DNA from: the human T2T-CHM13v2.0 reference genome, Homo sapiens
Assembly (NCBI RefSeq): GCF_009914755.1
Contig: NC_060933.1
Direction: 5' to 3' (one strand)
DNA: 64,000 nucleotides
Under the pieces are notes generated by a model. That model saw only the letters and a list, made by a program, of their open reading frames with translations, was not told the origin of the DNA and did not search any database. This document shows, piece by piece, positions 1-11,757 of this stretch. Position 1 is the stretch's first letter; every line of letters begins with the position of its first letter. The position numbers and the translations under genes are program-made.

Positions 1-858
1 GTTTATTTTGTTCTTTACTACACAGGACATTATTCCTTATAACCAATCCACTCAGAAAGCATCACACTTCTGCATAACTACAAAAATATGGCATTGATAT
101 CTTAAGGAACACCAAAAAAATGTATCTGTAGGGAATAGACAACTCTAATCCTTTCTCCCCATAAGTATTTCTTTCTAACACGGCTGAAATGCAGACTTGC
201 TTGTAGATGTCCAACAAGAAAACAAATGCTAGAAACATTTCCAAAAGAATTAACTTTCATAGAGTTAAGCTTTATCCCTATTGGCAGATCTCCATAAAGG
301 AAATTTTCTGTCCAAACGTGACATCCACACCTCTAGTACATAAAGCTGTTCTTTAGGTCAGATAAGTCAGTAGGTTAGTAATAATGAGTTGCATTTCTAA
401 GTGGGGTCTATAAAGGAATTCAGAGTGGTGAGAAGCCCTAGATCTATCAAAGGTAGACTTAAAGCACCAACCTATACATTCAACGCAACTGTTGTAAATT
501 AATGTTTCCCATCAAAAATGATACATTTTATTAACTGGCATCATACATTTCAAAGCCAGATGTGCTGTGTATATTCATGTGATAACAGAAGATGAATGTT
601 TTCTGCATAGATCCTCTTGAATTTGGTTCTTTATGAAATGCTGAACAATTTTTCCCTTTGCTTTTGAGTTTATCGAAGCCACAACATAAAAATCATTCTT
701 TAGGTGAAGAAGCTGATTTTGAGTTATTTTCACTGAATATTGTTTTCTTTATTACAAATGTCCAGGCTTTCTCTATTCCCTAAGTCAAGATACTTTGTAG
801 TCTGACCTAAACTGTAAAGGAGATAAAATGGAAATTTTTAGATACTGACATACAGCTA

Positions 859-960
859 TGAGATTGGCACAAGGGTAACTGCTGTTTTTGCCATTAAAAA
901 TAATTATTTTAATGACAAAAACTGCAATTACTTACCACAGTTACTTTTGCACCAGTTTAA
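859..960. mobile_element. MADE1 (Hsmar1-derived mariner MITE), palindromic
   Basis: Degenerate TIRs tgagattggcacaagggtaactgctgtttttgccatta ... taatgacaaaaactgcaattactt...ttttgcaccagtttaa resemble the MADE1 consensus. Flanked by TA (857-858, 961-962). Confidence 0.85.
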
Positions 961-2167
961 TACTTAAAAAGCAAAGGGGGGTTTGCTTCTTGAAAACAAT
1001 TTGATGCATTAATTTTCCACAAAGTTCCCATCAGATGTCATCAAATTCAACACACTGTGCAGATGGGAAAAGACTGACTATTGAAACAATTAACTATTGT
1101 GAGTCATTTCCTCAATCTGCTTTTGTTTTAGCCAAGATGTCAAGTGGTGACAGACACTGTTAAATTTCACAAACTCTACTGTCTTCTTGGAAATAGCATA
1201 ATACAATTGACATAGCTCAGCTTGATAAATCTGCCAAACTAATGGTGAGGACTCTTTCCTTCTACTTTTCAATGCCAAAATCCAAAGATATTATGCAGAA
1301 CCTATTCAACAAGAAGAGGACAAAGTCCATTTTGTTCTATCTGAATAGTCCCACTTCATCACCTGCTGGCTCTTAGTTTCCCAATCTCTTTGAATCGAAG
1401 CTGAAATGAACAAGGTAAAAATTTCATTTATTCAATCTCCACTATCTCACATAAAGGTCATCATGGAGCCTGAATTTTTCTGAAGTCTGCCATTTGCTTC
1501 AGCTTGGCCTGAAAGTTTCTACCTTAGATGACCCAGTTTACCACTTACCACTTTAGATGACTTTTAGATAATCAAAAGCCACTTGCCCTAATGTAACTAA
1601 AACATTATCTTGGATATATGACTTTACTATTCATGGGCAGCATGTCATTTGCATGTCTAAGGAGGAGGGGGACAAAACCCCCCCATGATGGTCTTGTTCC
1701 AATCAGGGAAAAGGACTCCTAGGCAGCTTCTCCAGCACAAGCTTCCAAATCACTACCTATTCTTTTGTCACTTTTATTTTCATGGTACATAGCTCACTAC
1801 CTTCTAGAACTCATCTCTGACTGACTCTGGAGGAAAGAACAGTAAGACCTCAGGAACCCAGGTAAGCCAGGAACAAGGCCACGGCCCACTCTCCAAGGTA
1901 AGAAAGGAGTTCGGGGATTCCAGCCAGCTGCAACAGCCAGCTTCAGGCAAATAAAAGGTGACCATTCCAGATGTACAAAGGCAACAGCTGACCCAAGATT
2001 GGACAGAAGAACATAGCACCTGGTATGCAGGAAGAAACCAATATCTGGCACTCTGGAAGTCATCAGAAAGCCCATCCAATCTTGGCAGGACCCCAGCCAG
2101 CAAAAAGCAAACACCACCACCAATTGGTTCCACTTTAAATGTATGACCACCAACCTCAAATGGGCTC

Positions 2168-2519
2168 TGTATTAGTCCATTCTGAAGCTGCTATGAACAA
2201 ATACCAATACTGGGTAATTTATAAAGAAAAGAAATTTAATTGACTCATGGTTCCACATGGCTGGGGAAGCCTCAGGAAACTTACAATCATGGCCGAAGGC
2301 ACGTCTTCACAGAGCGGCAGGAGAGAGAATGAGGGCCAGCAGGAGAAATGCCAGATGCTTATATAAACATTCAGATATTGTAAGACTCACCCTCAGCATG
2401 GGGGAAACCACCCCCATGATTCAATTACCTCCACCTGGTCCTGCCCTTGAATCATGGGAATTATGGGGATTACAGTTCAAGGTGAGATTTGGGTGGGGAC
2501 ACAGAGCCAAACCATATCA
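2168..2519 (-). mobile_element. ERVL-MaLR solo LTR, MSTA/THE1-type
   Basis: Termini tgtattagtccattc ... gagatttgggtggggacacagagccaaaccatatca; perfect 5-bp TSD GGCTC (2163-2167, 2520-2524). Confidence 0.92.
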
Positions 2520-2828
2520 GGCTCTTAATATTCCTGGCAATCACACCACATTTCCAAAGCACATTTACTCTCCCATTCCCAGAGTGGTTTTTCACAACTC
2601 CCTCTTCTCAGACCTCTCCAGCACTGCCTTTCCCTATATATTCTGATGACCTTTACTTTAAAAAATTGAAGCAACCAGAAGAGAACCTCCATGGACTTCT
2701 ACCTCTGTCTCTACCTACTTACCTACCAACATCTGTACTCATATAGTCTGGTTTCCCACCTATGAGCATATTCTCCATACGTCTGTCCTTCCACCTGAGC
2801 ACTTTTTAGGTCTTTTGCCTTTTTGAAG

Positions 2829-3190
2829 TGAAATGGACTGAATGTCTGTGCCCACCCAAAATTCATGTTAAAATCTTAACTCCTAATATAATGATATCAG
2901 GAGGTAGGGCCTTTGGGAAGTAGTTAGGTCATAAAGAGAAGGCTTCATGAATGGATTAGTGCCCTTTAAAAGAAACCCCAGAGAGCTTTCTCATACCTTT
3001 TCTGCCACATGCAGATACAATGAGCAGACAGACACCCAGAGCTCAGGAGAGGGCCTTTGCCAGAACCCATTTATGCTGGCACCCTAATCTCTGACTTCTG
3101 GCCTTAAGAACTGAAGGAAATATGTTGCTGTTGTTTCTAAACCCCCCAGTCTATGGTACTCTGTTATGTCAGCCTGAACTGACTAAAACA
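2829..3190 (+). mobile_element. ERVL-MaLR LTR, MLT1A-like
   Basis: Starts tgaaatggactgaatgtctgtgcccacccaaaattcatgtt and ends cagtctatggtactctgttatgtcagcctgaactgactaaaaca, typical MLT1A termini. Confidence 0.8.
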
Positions 3191-3345
3191 CAAGGCTATG
3201 TATCCATCAGTTCACCTATCCTCAACAAACTTCTTTTTCTGCTAATCTTTTTCCCTTTTCGTACAAATGTGATTTAAATTTTTCCATCTTAAAACTATAA
3301 ATGTATGTATATACAAATATATGCATATATACACATTATCTCTCT

Positions 3346-3394
3346 GTGTGTGCATGTGTGTGTGTGTGTGTGTGCGTGTGTGTGTGCGCATGTG
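3346..3394. repeat. (TG)n microsatellite, interrupted
   Basis: Directly visible alternating purine-pyrimidine tract. Confidence 0.95.
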
Positions 3395-3438
3395 CTTACC
3401 TTTTAGAGACTAGAGGATCCTTACAGATCATCTAAGCT

Positions 3439-3614
3439 AGTGGTTCTCAAACCTGAGGGAACACTAGAATTTCATGGGGAATTTTAACAAGAATAGCAAT
3501 GTCAGGATTCTTTCTTTCAGAGATTCTGATTTAGTTGATCTAGGGTATGACCTGGGCATCAGTATTTTCTGCATTTCATGTGATTCCAGTGTGCACCCAA
3601 AGTTGAGAAACACT
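3439..3614. mobile_element. MER5-type hAT-Charlie MITE nested in a MIR-family SINE (~3400-3750)
   Basis: TIRs tagtggttctcaaac ... gttgagaaacacta; internal agagattctgatttagttgatctaggg; MIR-like flanks on both sides. Confidence 0.8.
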
Positions 3615-4177
3615 AACCTAGACTAGATTTTTTTGTTACATTAAGTAATGAAAGTACAGAAAGCTGAAGCAACTCACCCAAGCCCAGACAAATTTTAATA
3701 GCAGAGCCAAGACAAAAATCCAGCACAACTGATTCCTAGTCCCATGCTCTTGTGACAACATCAGGCAATATGTCATACACACACACACAAATGTAATCAT
3801 TGGCAAAGACCTGTGAATGGCACCATAAGTAATGAACTCACTAATTGTTCATTTCCACTGAGGATATTGGCGTGTTAGTCTTCAGTCACAATAGGAGAGG
3901 TTAAAACCAGGATGCTGAGAAGGCAAGAGTAATAAGGAACATGAAGAAACTCCTGCCATGGTATCTACAGCAGATGTTTCAGAAGTTTCAGGATGGTGAA
4001 GGACCCCGGGGGAGGGTGCTGAGGAGCAGCATGAAGGACGGCGTGATAAATGAAGCTGTCTTTTTCCCATTACAGGAACATAGCGAGTTTCAAGAAACAA
4101 ATCAGAAATCTAGAATGATTAATTGTGTGGTCCACAATGAGTCCTGTTGTTTGTCTATGAATCCCTTTGCTCTGCAG

Positions 4178-4278
4178 ATCAGACACACCAGGTGCAGGGA
4201 AACACCTGGCTATGATGAACTCTCTGAATTTCATAGTAGCCCAGTCCAAAAAATGGTGAACAGTGGTTTTGTTTACAA
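4178..4278 (+). other. Candidate non-coding exon (101 nt)
   Basis: Acceptor ccctttgctctgcag| and donor CAA|gtaagc; motif evidence only. Confidence 0.25.
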
Positions 4279-4524
4279 GTAAGCTATAGGAAGGGAATCA
4301 AAGATGATGAAGAAATGGATATGGTGGAATAGGAAAAAAAGCATCCCGTTAACATGAAACCAAGCTGCTGCCATGCCTCTGGTTTTGCTTCCTCTTGTTC
4401 TAGACATACTTGGCATTAGTGAGGAACAAAATACTTTCAGGAAATCATAACTTCAATCTTTTGTATTTCCACTCACTGATTCAGCTGACCTAGCGTTCCC
4501 CATATGGAAGTTTCAGCTAAGCAT

Positions 4525-4740
4525 TAGTAGTGAATAACACAGCAGTTAAGCTCGTGGTTTCCTGGGTCCAAATCCCATTTTTCTACTTACTATCTATGTG
4601 ACATTGGACAAATTATCTAAAGTTTTTATGCTTCTCCATTTACCCAACTGATACAATAAGGCTAATAGTACCCACCTCAATTGTTGTGAAAACTAAATGA
4701 GACAGGGATATAAGGTATGTGAAATAATCAGATGATAGCT
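4525..4740 (+). mobile_element. MIR SINE
   Basis: Core-like cctgggtccaaatccc...acttactatctatgtgacattggacaaattatctaa. Confidence 0.7.
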
Positions 4741-4919
4741 ATTGCTGTTAAAACAGGATGGCAGGGGAGATTTCCATTATTATTCTTTAAAATATTACAA
4801 GCACTTTAACAAGTATTCTCTTTATAGACAAAAGACTATGTCAATTACACACAGGTGTTGACCCTTCCTTAAGGCTGAAGAGGTACATTAATATTTAGTT
4901 AGCTAATTTTGTTGAGTTG

Positions 4920-5130
4920 TAGAAGCAGCATGGCCACTAGAAAGACCTAGATTCAAATACCAGCTCTGTTGTTTACTAATTGCAAGCCTTGCAAAAGTTA
5001 TTTACTCTCTCTATGCCTCATCTATTTTTTAAAAGTGGGAAAAAAATACCTCATTTTCATGGTGGTTGTGATAATTAAATGACATAATGCAATGCCTCAT
5101 ATATAATAGGTGTCTATAATAATGGATAAT
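4920..5130 (+). mobile_element. MIR SINE
   Basis: agacctagattcaaataccagctctg...ttatttactctctctatgcctca...ggttgtgataattaaatga. Confidence 0.7.
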
Positions 5131-5759
5131 TGACATTATAGCACATAAATACTCTAAAGTAATAAAACTGATCTTGATTTTTAATGTTCTCTAATTGTTT
5201 TCACTAATTCACAACAGCATCTCTCCAAATTAGTTGGAATTTGTTATGTTTTGTCATATCGTTTAATTCCAAGTAAAGCTCTATGAAAAGCAACCATCTC
5301 AGAATGGCTTTTTAAGAGAGTATCATCTAAAACAGATTAATGTAGATGCAACTGTTTTAAAAGTATCCAGGGGAACAAAATTTAAAACCTCTTTTAGTCA
5401 CACCTCAAACCCTCAGAGGGAAGAAACTTTTACATTTATCTTCTTCAAGGATAAACAATTGGGTTTAGATTAATTGAAATCATGGGGAAAAAACAAGAAC
5501 ACAGATCTATGTAAAGCAGAGTATATATGACAAGTGTTTCCAAATACGTGGTAAGAAAGTTGGTACATTAAATATCTCTGGTTTGTCTGGTTTCTAAAAA
5601 GTCAAGGAAGTTAAATTAGGTTTATTTATTTCCGAAGTGATCATTTGGATTATGTTATCAAAAATGGGATGTCAGCGTCTCTGAAAGCAAAAGACTCAAA
5701 ATACAAAAAGACAGTTTCATGGTTGGCCACGCCTATTTCTGAGATACTCTACGTCGGAA

Positions 5760-6130
5760 AGTATCTTAGACTGAGTTCCCTGGAAGCAGATACTGAGACA
5801 AAGATTCATGTGCAAGTGGCTTATTAAGAAAGTGCTGTGGGTGAGCAGCAGGGGGAAGAAGTGGAAAGGAAGAGAAGAAGAGCTGGCCAGAGAAGGCAAA
5901 GAGGACAAGTAAGGTTTGTCCTGTGGAAGGCAGCTTTGGCCTGGCCCTTCAGGAGAACTGTGTAGGGTTAATGTTTCCGACGTGAAGTACAGCCCCTGGA
6001 GCGTTCCTACAGCTGTACCTGTCAGTCATGGGCTGGGGTCCTCCCAGAAGATGAGACATAACATCCCAGGCACTCCTGCTCTCTAGAGCAATCCACCCAC
6101 GAAGAGTCACATGTGCTCTGTGGTGGCCCT
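5760..6130 (-). mobile_element. ERVL LTR fragment (LTR16-like)
   Basis: tcttagactgagttccctggaagcagatactgagacaaagattcatgtgcaagtggcttatt resembles the LTR16 family end. Confidence 0.55.
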
Positions 6131-7095
6131 CAGAAGTAAAAACACATGGACTGGAGGAAAAGCGCATGGAAACGGGAAAAAGCAAGTGTTCATGGAGCAG
6201 AGAGAGGAAGAGAGAAAAAATTACCTTTTCTTTCTTAGCTTTCCTTTCAGCTACTCCAATTTAATTTGTTTCTCTCATTATACCCCCATTTTTCTGTTAT
6301 GAACACAAAACCTATGTTCAACCTAGAAATAGTTGACATATACGTTAGCCCTTATAAGTAGTGTTGCCATCAATCCAACTTAGATTAAGACGAATGAAAC
6401 AAGAAATAAGCTAGTGTGTTCACACTAAAAACTTTTTATACTCACAGTTAATTCAAAGTGTGCATATAGGCAGCTTAATAGGGGAAACTGTTACTATTTC
6501 GTTATGATTATGAGACAAAAAATGTGCAAGAGTGATAGTGGTTCTTTATATTAATCGCATAACTTCATACTTTTAATAAGCAACTATACCGTTTTTGTAA
6601 ATATTTTTTCCAATGTTATTTTGTTTTGACTCTTTATTAAAATGTAAATTTACTCCTGTTGAAACCAAAAGTAATGAATTGGGCTTATACTTGGTATGTC
6701 TTTTCATTTCTTTTGTTTGTTATTGATTCGTATTTTGTTTGATAATATTGTCAGCCCAAGACAGACTGGAAATTTTAACATACTTCGTCTAGCACCACAG
6801 CTAGTTTGAGGAGCACTGCTTTTACCCTAGGCTGCTTCCCAGATGCCTGGGGGGCAAGTTCAGCCTCGGAGCAGAAGCAAAGCCAGCAGGAAATAGGAAG
6901 AGGCGAGCCCACATTAATAATAATGATACCATAATACTACTAACTCTGTCTGAAACATGGTAACACACGATTCCAGGTAGGATATGAAGTCAGCTTCATA
7001 AATTATGAAACCTAAGTCAAGATTGCATTTGTTCTGCAACGATTGGAACAAGTTTTTTCCTCACGACTGAAGCTAGAAACAAAGATTGAAAAGTA

Positions 7096-7115
7096 GGGCT
7101 GCCATCTTGTGGCGA
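7096..7115 (-). promoter_or_regulatory. CTCF core motif with overlapping YY1-like core
   Basis: Minus strand reads TCGCCACAAGATGGCAGCCC, close to the CTCF consensus CCACNAGRTGGCAG. Lies in repeat-free sequence with locally retained CpGs. Confidence 0.7.
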
Positions 7116-7894
7116 GATCACCCAACACCAGGTCCAACTGTGCCTTCCTCCACCCATCCCCGAAAAGCAAGCCTCTCTCCCCACCTCAGGCCCTCTGAGT
7201 GTTTCTGGGAACTCCAACACTCCTTCTTTCAAAAACAGGACTCAAGAATAAGAAAAACACCCCTGCCTGCCCTATTTTCCTTCCCAGCAGAGCTGCATGT
7301 GGTGAGGTGGGCTTTCCATCGGCCTCTTTAATCATGGGACATAAAGATTCCACCTGCTTATGGCTGGAGGGAGCCCCTCTGTGGAGCAGAGCCCTTTTGT
7401 CCCCTCCACCAGCTGTTTTCTCCATCTTTCACCTGTCGCAGAAAGCCGATGAAGCAGGAATCAGCCTGGGGCCGGCCCAGGATTAGCTTCACCGTGTGCA
7501 ACAAATAGATGGTGTGTGGGGAGGGCTTTTAAGGCAAGTGCTGCCACAAACAGTGCTGTTTTGAGGAAATGATGGTTGTGAGGAATTTAGGAAGCCATTT
7601 GTCACTTGTTTTCAAGCAGTACCACACAAAGCAGGCTAGACAGAAGAATGGCAATTCCATTTTCAATGCCTTTTTTCCAACCATTTCTGGAGATCTAATT
7701 CAATATATTACAAACATCATATCCTCATATTGAACATCTGTCTCAATCTCTGCTTTCTGAATTTAATGGAAATGAATTGACAAAAATACAGAGAGAGACA
7801 ATTCCTTGTTTGGTTTGAATGAAAGATTCATTTATCTTTTCCTGGATTTCTAATTTTGCTAAAATTTTGGTCATAATTTAAGGCTATTACAGAG

Positions 7895-8345
7895 CACCCC
7901 TGTAAGACTTTGGGCTGCAAATGACAGAAATACAACTCAAATGCCCTGAGAATAGGAGTAAAAAAGAAAAGGAAGTAGATTGACTCAAATAACTTGAATT
8001 CTACGTAGGCTTCAGGCACCACTGGATCCAGGGTCTTAAACAATGCCACTGGCTATCTGACTTTCCCTCTGTCACTTAGCTTTATTTCCTTTCATATGTG
8101 GCTTTATTTTTGCAGACAGGATCTCTCCATATAGTAAGGGTAAGGACAATCAGCAGTGGAGTATTCACATCTCCACCCCAGCACTTTGACTTCAAAAAAG
8201 CATAAAATAGTCTTTTGTTATCACTTAAGGAAAACTGTGGTGATTAGCCCCACTTGTGTTGCATATCAGCTCCTGGCACCACAAAAGATTGTCACAATGA
8301 AACCACACAGGATGGAGGAGAGCAGTTCAGGAAGGAAGGGATGCT
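7895..8345 (-). mobile_element. Old MaLR LTR (MLT1J/K-like)
   Basis: aagactttgggctgcaaatgacagaaatacaactcaaa...ggcttcaggcaccactggatccagggtcttaaacaatg. Confidence 0.6.
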
Positions 8346-8689
8346 GGCCCACAATTTAGAGAAGAAACTGAAAACTCTCTACTGTGTTCTTGGACCAGTC
8401 TGTGGATAACATAATCATCTCCCTTTTCTTCATGATTGGTCCTAATCTCTATACCCAGGGACCAGGTCTGGCTTTTGACAGTGAGGCCAATACAAGGTCA
8501 CAATGGTACTCTTGGTGACCCACTATTACCCTATCTGAGCACCAGCACAGTAAAGATAAATTAAGAAGACTTTGCCTAAAACATTCTGCATCTTGAGCAA
8601 AATCAGGGATTAGATCAGCTGAAGTGTCATGTCTGGTACCTCTTGGAGCTCTTGGCACAGGGTATAAGCCAAAGGAAAGCAGATAGTCT

Positions 8690-8794
8690 TTTTTTCTCTA
8701 ATTTGCAACTTTTATTTTAAGTGCAGGGGCACATGTGCAGGATGTGCAGGTTGGTTACATAGGTAAATATGTGCCGTGGTGGTTTGCTGCCCAG
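8690..8794 (-). mobile_element. Extremely 5'-truncated L1PA 3' end (~105 bp) with TSD
   Basis: aacttttattttaagtgcaggggcacatgtgcaggatgtgcaggttggttacataggtaaatatgtgccgtggtggtttgctgc; TSD gatagtct at 8682-8689 and 8795-8802. Confidence 0.88.
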
Positions 8795-10284
8795 GATAGT
8801 CTATGACTACATTTGTTATCACACACTCCATGATTCACCTCCTATGTAGCAGAGATCAACAAAGGAAGTTTTCCTATTTTATGGGGAAAAAAAGTGAGTA
8901 ACGTAATAACACTGATAAGTAAAATCCTGGAATAAACTCAATACCTAGGTTCTGGCCCTGGATCTGCTCCCATTTTGCCATACATCTTTAAGAAAATAGC
9001 CTTTCTAGTTAAAAAGACAAAGGAGAAAAAACAGAAAATCTGAGACAAATTCTGCACTAGGATGTCAAAAGGGGATTTGTTTTCTGTTGTCCTTATAGTG
9101 TAAATAAGGCACAAAGCTGAATACTAAAATCAACAAGCATCTCAGGTGCTAAAAAAATGTTCAGCTGTTACAACCAACTATCCCTCCACAGCATTCTGTG
9201 AGGCCCTGGGACAGACCTGGCTCTACCACTAACGACCACCCACAACTTCCAGCCCATCCTTTGTTACAAGAGGACAGGGAAAGGCAAGGCAAACCCTGTG
9301 GGGTGTATGGGCTTGGGGTGAAAGGTTACTCCCTCAGCAGAGACACACAAGAGAAGCACCAAGAGATGCTTTCAATGCATCTCGCTGTTGATTGGAAATA
9401 GTCCCATCCCACTCCCATTCTCTGTCCCCTCAGAGAGTACAGAGGGGCAGTTCCCTCAATTTCACACGACAGCTCAGGAGTTGGGAGGGGCATGTCAGGA
9501 GCCTTGGAGCTTCCCTGGGTAGCACTGGGCCAAGTGTGTGCATAGCCAATTACACAAAGAATTGCCACTACACTAGTAATTGTTGTCTTGAAACAGTAAC
9601 TAAGCAAATAATACGTGAAATAATGATTTGTCATATTCAGCCACCTACAGGTACACTTTGAATGAATTGTGTACATTGATTTTTTAAAACCTGAGAAGGG
9701 GGTTCAATGAGTGCAACTCAAAAGAACACTGGATGCCCTCGAGAGGGGCCCGTCAGTGACAGCAGAGACCAGCATGAAGCTGAAAACCCCATAATGATCA
9801 CCATGACAGTAGAGGCCACGAGCATCAGACGGAACTTGATAGAACCACCCAAACCAGGGACCAGGATCCCTTCCACTGGCATCTCAGCAGTCCCATGAAG
9901 GGACCTTCCTGTCCCTCGTCTCTGTCCCAGAGCATGCGAGCCAGCATCGCAAAGCCAGGCCAGACCTCTCCTCCTCCCTTCCAAGCAGCCTGGATCAGAG
10001 CTTGTCTGTGCTGAGGGCAAGAGGAAATTAGCTTGTATTTAGATCTATGAACAGGGCTGGAAGCTGTAGTGCCATAGCAGGGGAGAGAGGTGGAAGTAGA
10101 TGTGGTAGCTAAAGCAGCTTCTATTCCAAACCATGGAGCGGCAAGGCTAGACTGAAGTCCCAGTAAAGGAGCAGGACCCTGACTGCAGTCTGAGCATGGT
10201 AAAGACATTTCTGAAACAATCTTGTGATGGGACCTGCAGTTTGGCATCTGTGGTTTGGCCAGTGGTGTTCCTCTTCATATGGAA

Positions 10285-10505
10285 GGGCAGTATAGAAAAC
10301 TGACCTAGCCCGCCAGGGTTCAATCCTGGCTAGTTACACATTCTTGGACAGGTTTCTCAACCTCTCTGAGCCTCAGGTTCCTCATGAGGAGATGGAGACT
10401 ATAATAATATCAAACTCAGAGGACTGTTGCAAAAATTAATTTAGTCAAAATGCTTAGAATTGTGCCTGGCACGCAGCAACACTGTGTTACGAATGACTAT
10501 TATCA
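10285..10505 (+). mobile_element. MIR SINE
   Basis: gggttcaatcctggct...ggacaggtttctcaacctctctgagcctcaggttcctcat...gcttagaattgtgcctggcac. Confidence 0.75.
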
Positions 10506-10889
10506 TTGTTACCTAGAGTGGTGGCTTTCATAACTAAAAACATATGATGGTTTCTAGAGTGGACCTAGACAAAGATGACAAACTTCTCAAATCAACAGAA
10601 TACAAATAGGTCTCTGCAGGAGAAAAAAAAAAACACTCAAATCACTAAAGCAATAAATGATCAGTTTGCTACATTCTGACTATATCAAATGCATGGTTTG
10701 GTCTGATCTATTCATAGCTAAATTTGCAAAAGTTAAATTCAGATGAGAAAATTTTTTGAAGTATTTCACGATTCTACAGGACAGAAAATAATTCAGTATC
10801 CATATGATCTGGTAACTTATCTAATTTTATAAAATATGAATGTTTGTTCCTTTAACATATAAAATGAACACTGAATCAAAAGGACCCAG

Positions 10890-11480
10890 TCTTCTCCCAT
10901 ACACACCACTCTCCACACAGCAACCAGAATAATCTCTTAAAACAGGAAATTAGATCCTACCATCCCCCTGCTTAAAGCTCCCTACAGGCTGCTTCTCATC
11001 ACACATGGAGTGAAATCCAAACTCCTTCCTACGACCTACAAGGTCTTACCACATGTTACCTTGGACTCCTCTCTAGACTTCCTTCTCACCTTCCCCTCTC
11101 ACTTGACTTCCAACCACGTGAGCCTTATTCCTCAAGCAGGTCAAGCTGTTTCTCTCCCCGGGGTTTTATACCTGTTGTTCTCTTTATCTGTACACTTTTC
11201 TCCACATACAATTCCTACACCTCATCAAGAACACTACTTAAATGCCACCTCCTTAGAAAGGCCTCTAGAATCATTGTTTTTAAAATGGTTCTTTCTCCCC
11301 ACCTCAACATCACTGCACCCCCTTATCTGACTTTACTTTTATAGCACCAATCAACAACTCAATTAATTTGTTTGTCTTCTTTAATATTGCCCCCACAACA
11401 CTGTAAATCGCCAGGACTCAGAAAAATATCTGGCACACAGAAGAAAATAAAGAAATCTTTATTGAATGAAGGGAAAAAGG
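10890..11480 (+). mobile_element. L2 LINE 3' end
   Basis: ctccacacagcaaccagaataatctcttaaaac...ccctgcttaaagctcc...aaatccaaactcctt...tggcacacag...ttattgaatgaa. Confidence 0.8.
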
Positions 11481-11639
11481 GAGGAATGATGATGAATTCA
11501 CCTTCTCCCAAGACAATTTATTCATTCCATCTCTTAACTGAAAACAGCCTACCTAATTTATCATGCATTGTTCCTATTGCTATCTTCTGGAACAAAATAC
11601 AAGATATCTATCTTCATTTGACATGATAAATATTTATTG

Positions 11640-11757
11640 AATAAATGGACAGATGGGTGGGTGGGTGGGTGATGGATGGATGGGTGGTGAGAGGGAGAGA
11701 GAGTGGGAGGGAGAGAGGGAGGGATGAAGGGATGGAGGAAAGGAGGGAGGGAGGGAT
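11640..11757. repeat. Purine-rich compound microsatellite containing (GGGT)4
   Basis: Directly visible GGGT/GGAT/GGGA/GGAA runs following an L2-type tail (aaatatttattgaataaatgga). Confidence 0.9.

Noticed and set aside
1797-2159. Overlapping 109-120 aa minus-strand ORFs
   Set aside because: No recognisable domain or coding-like composition; within chance expectation.
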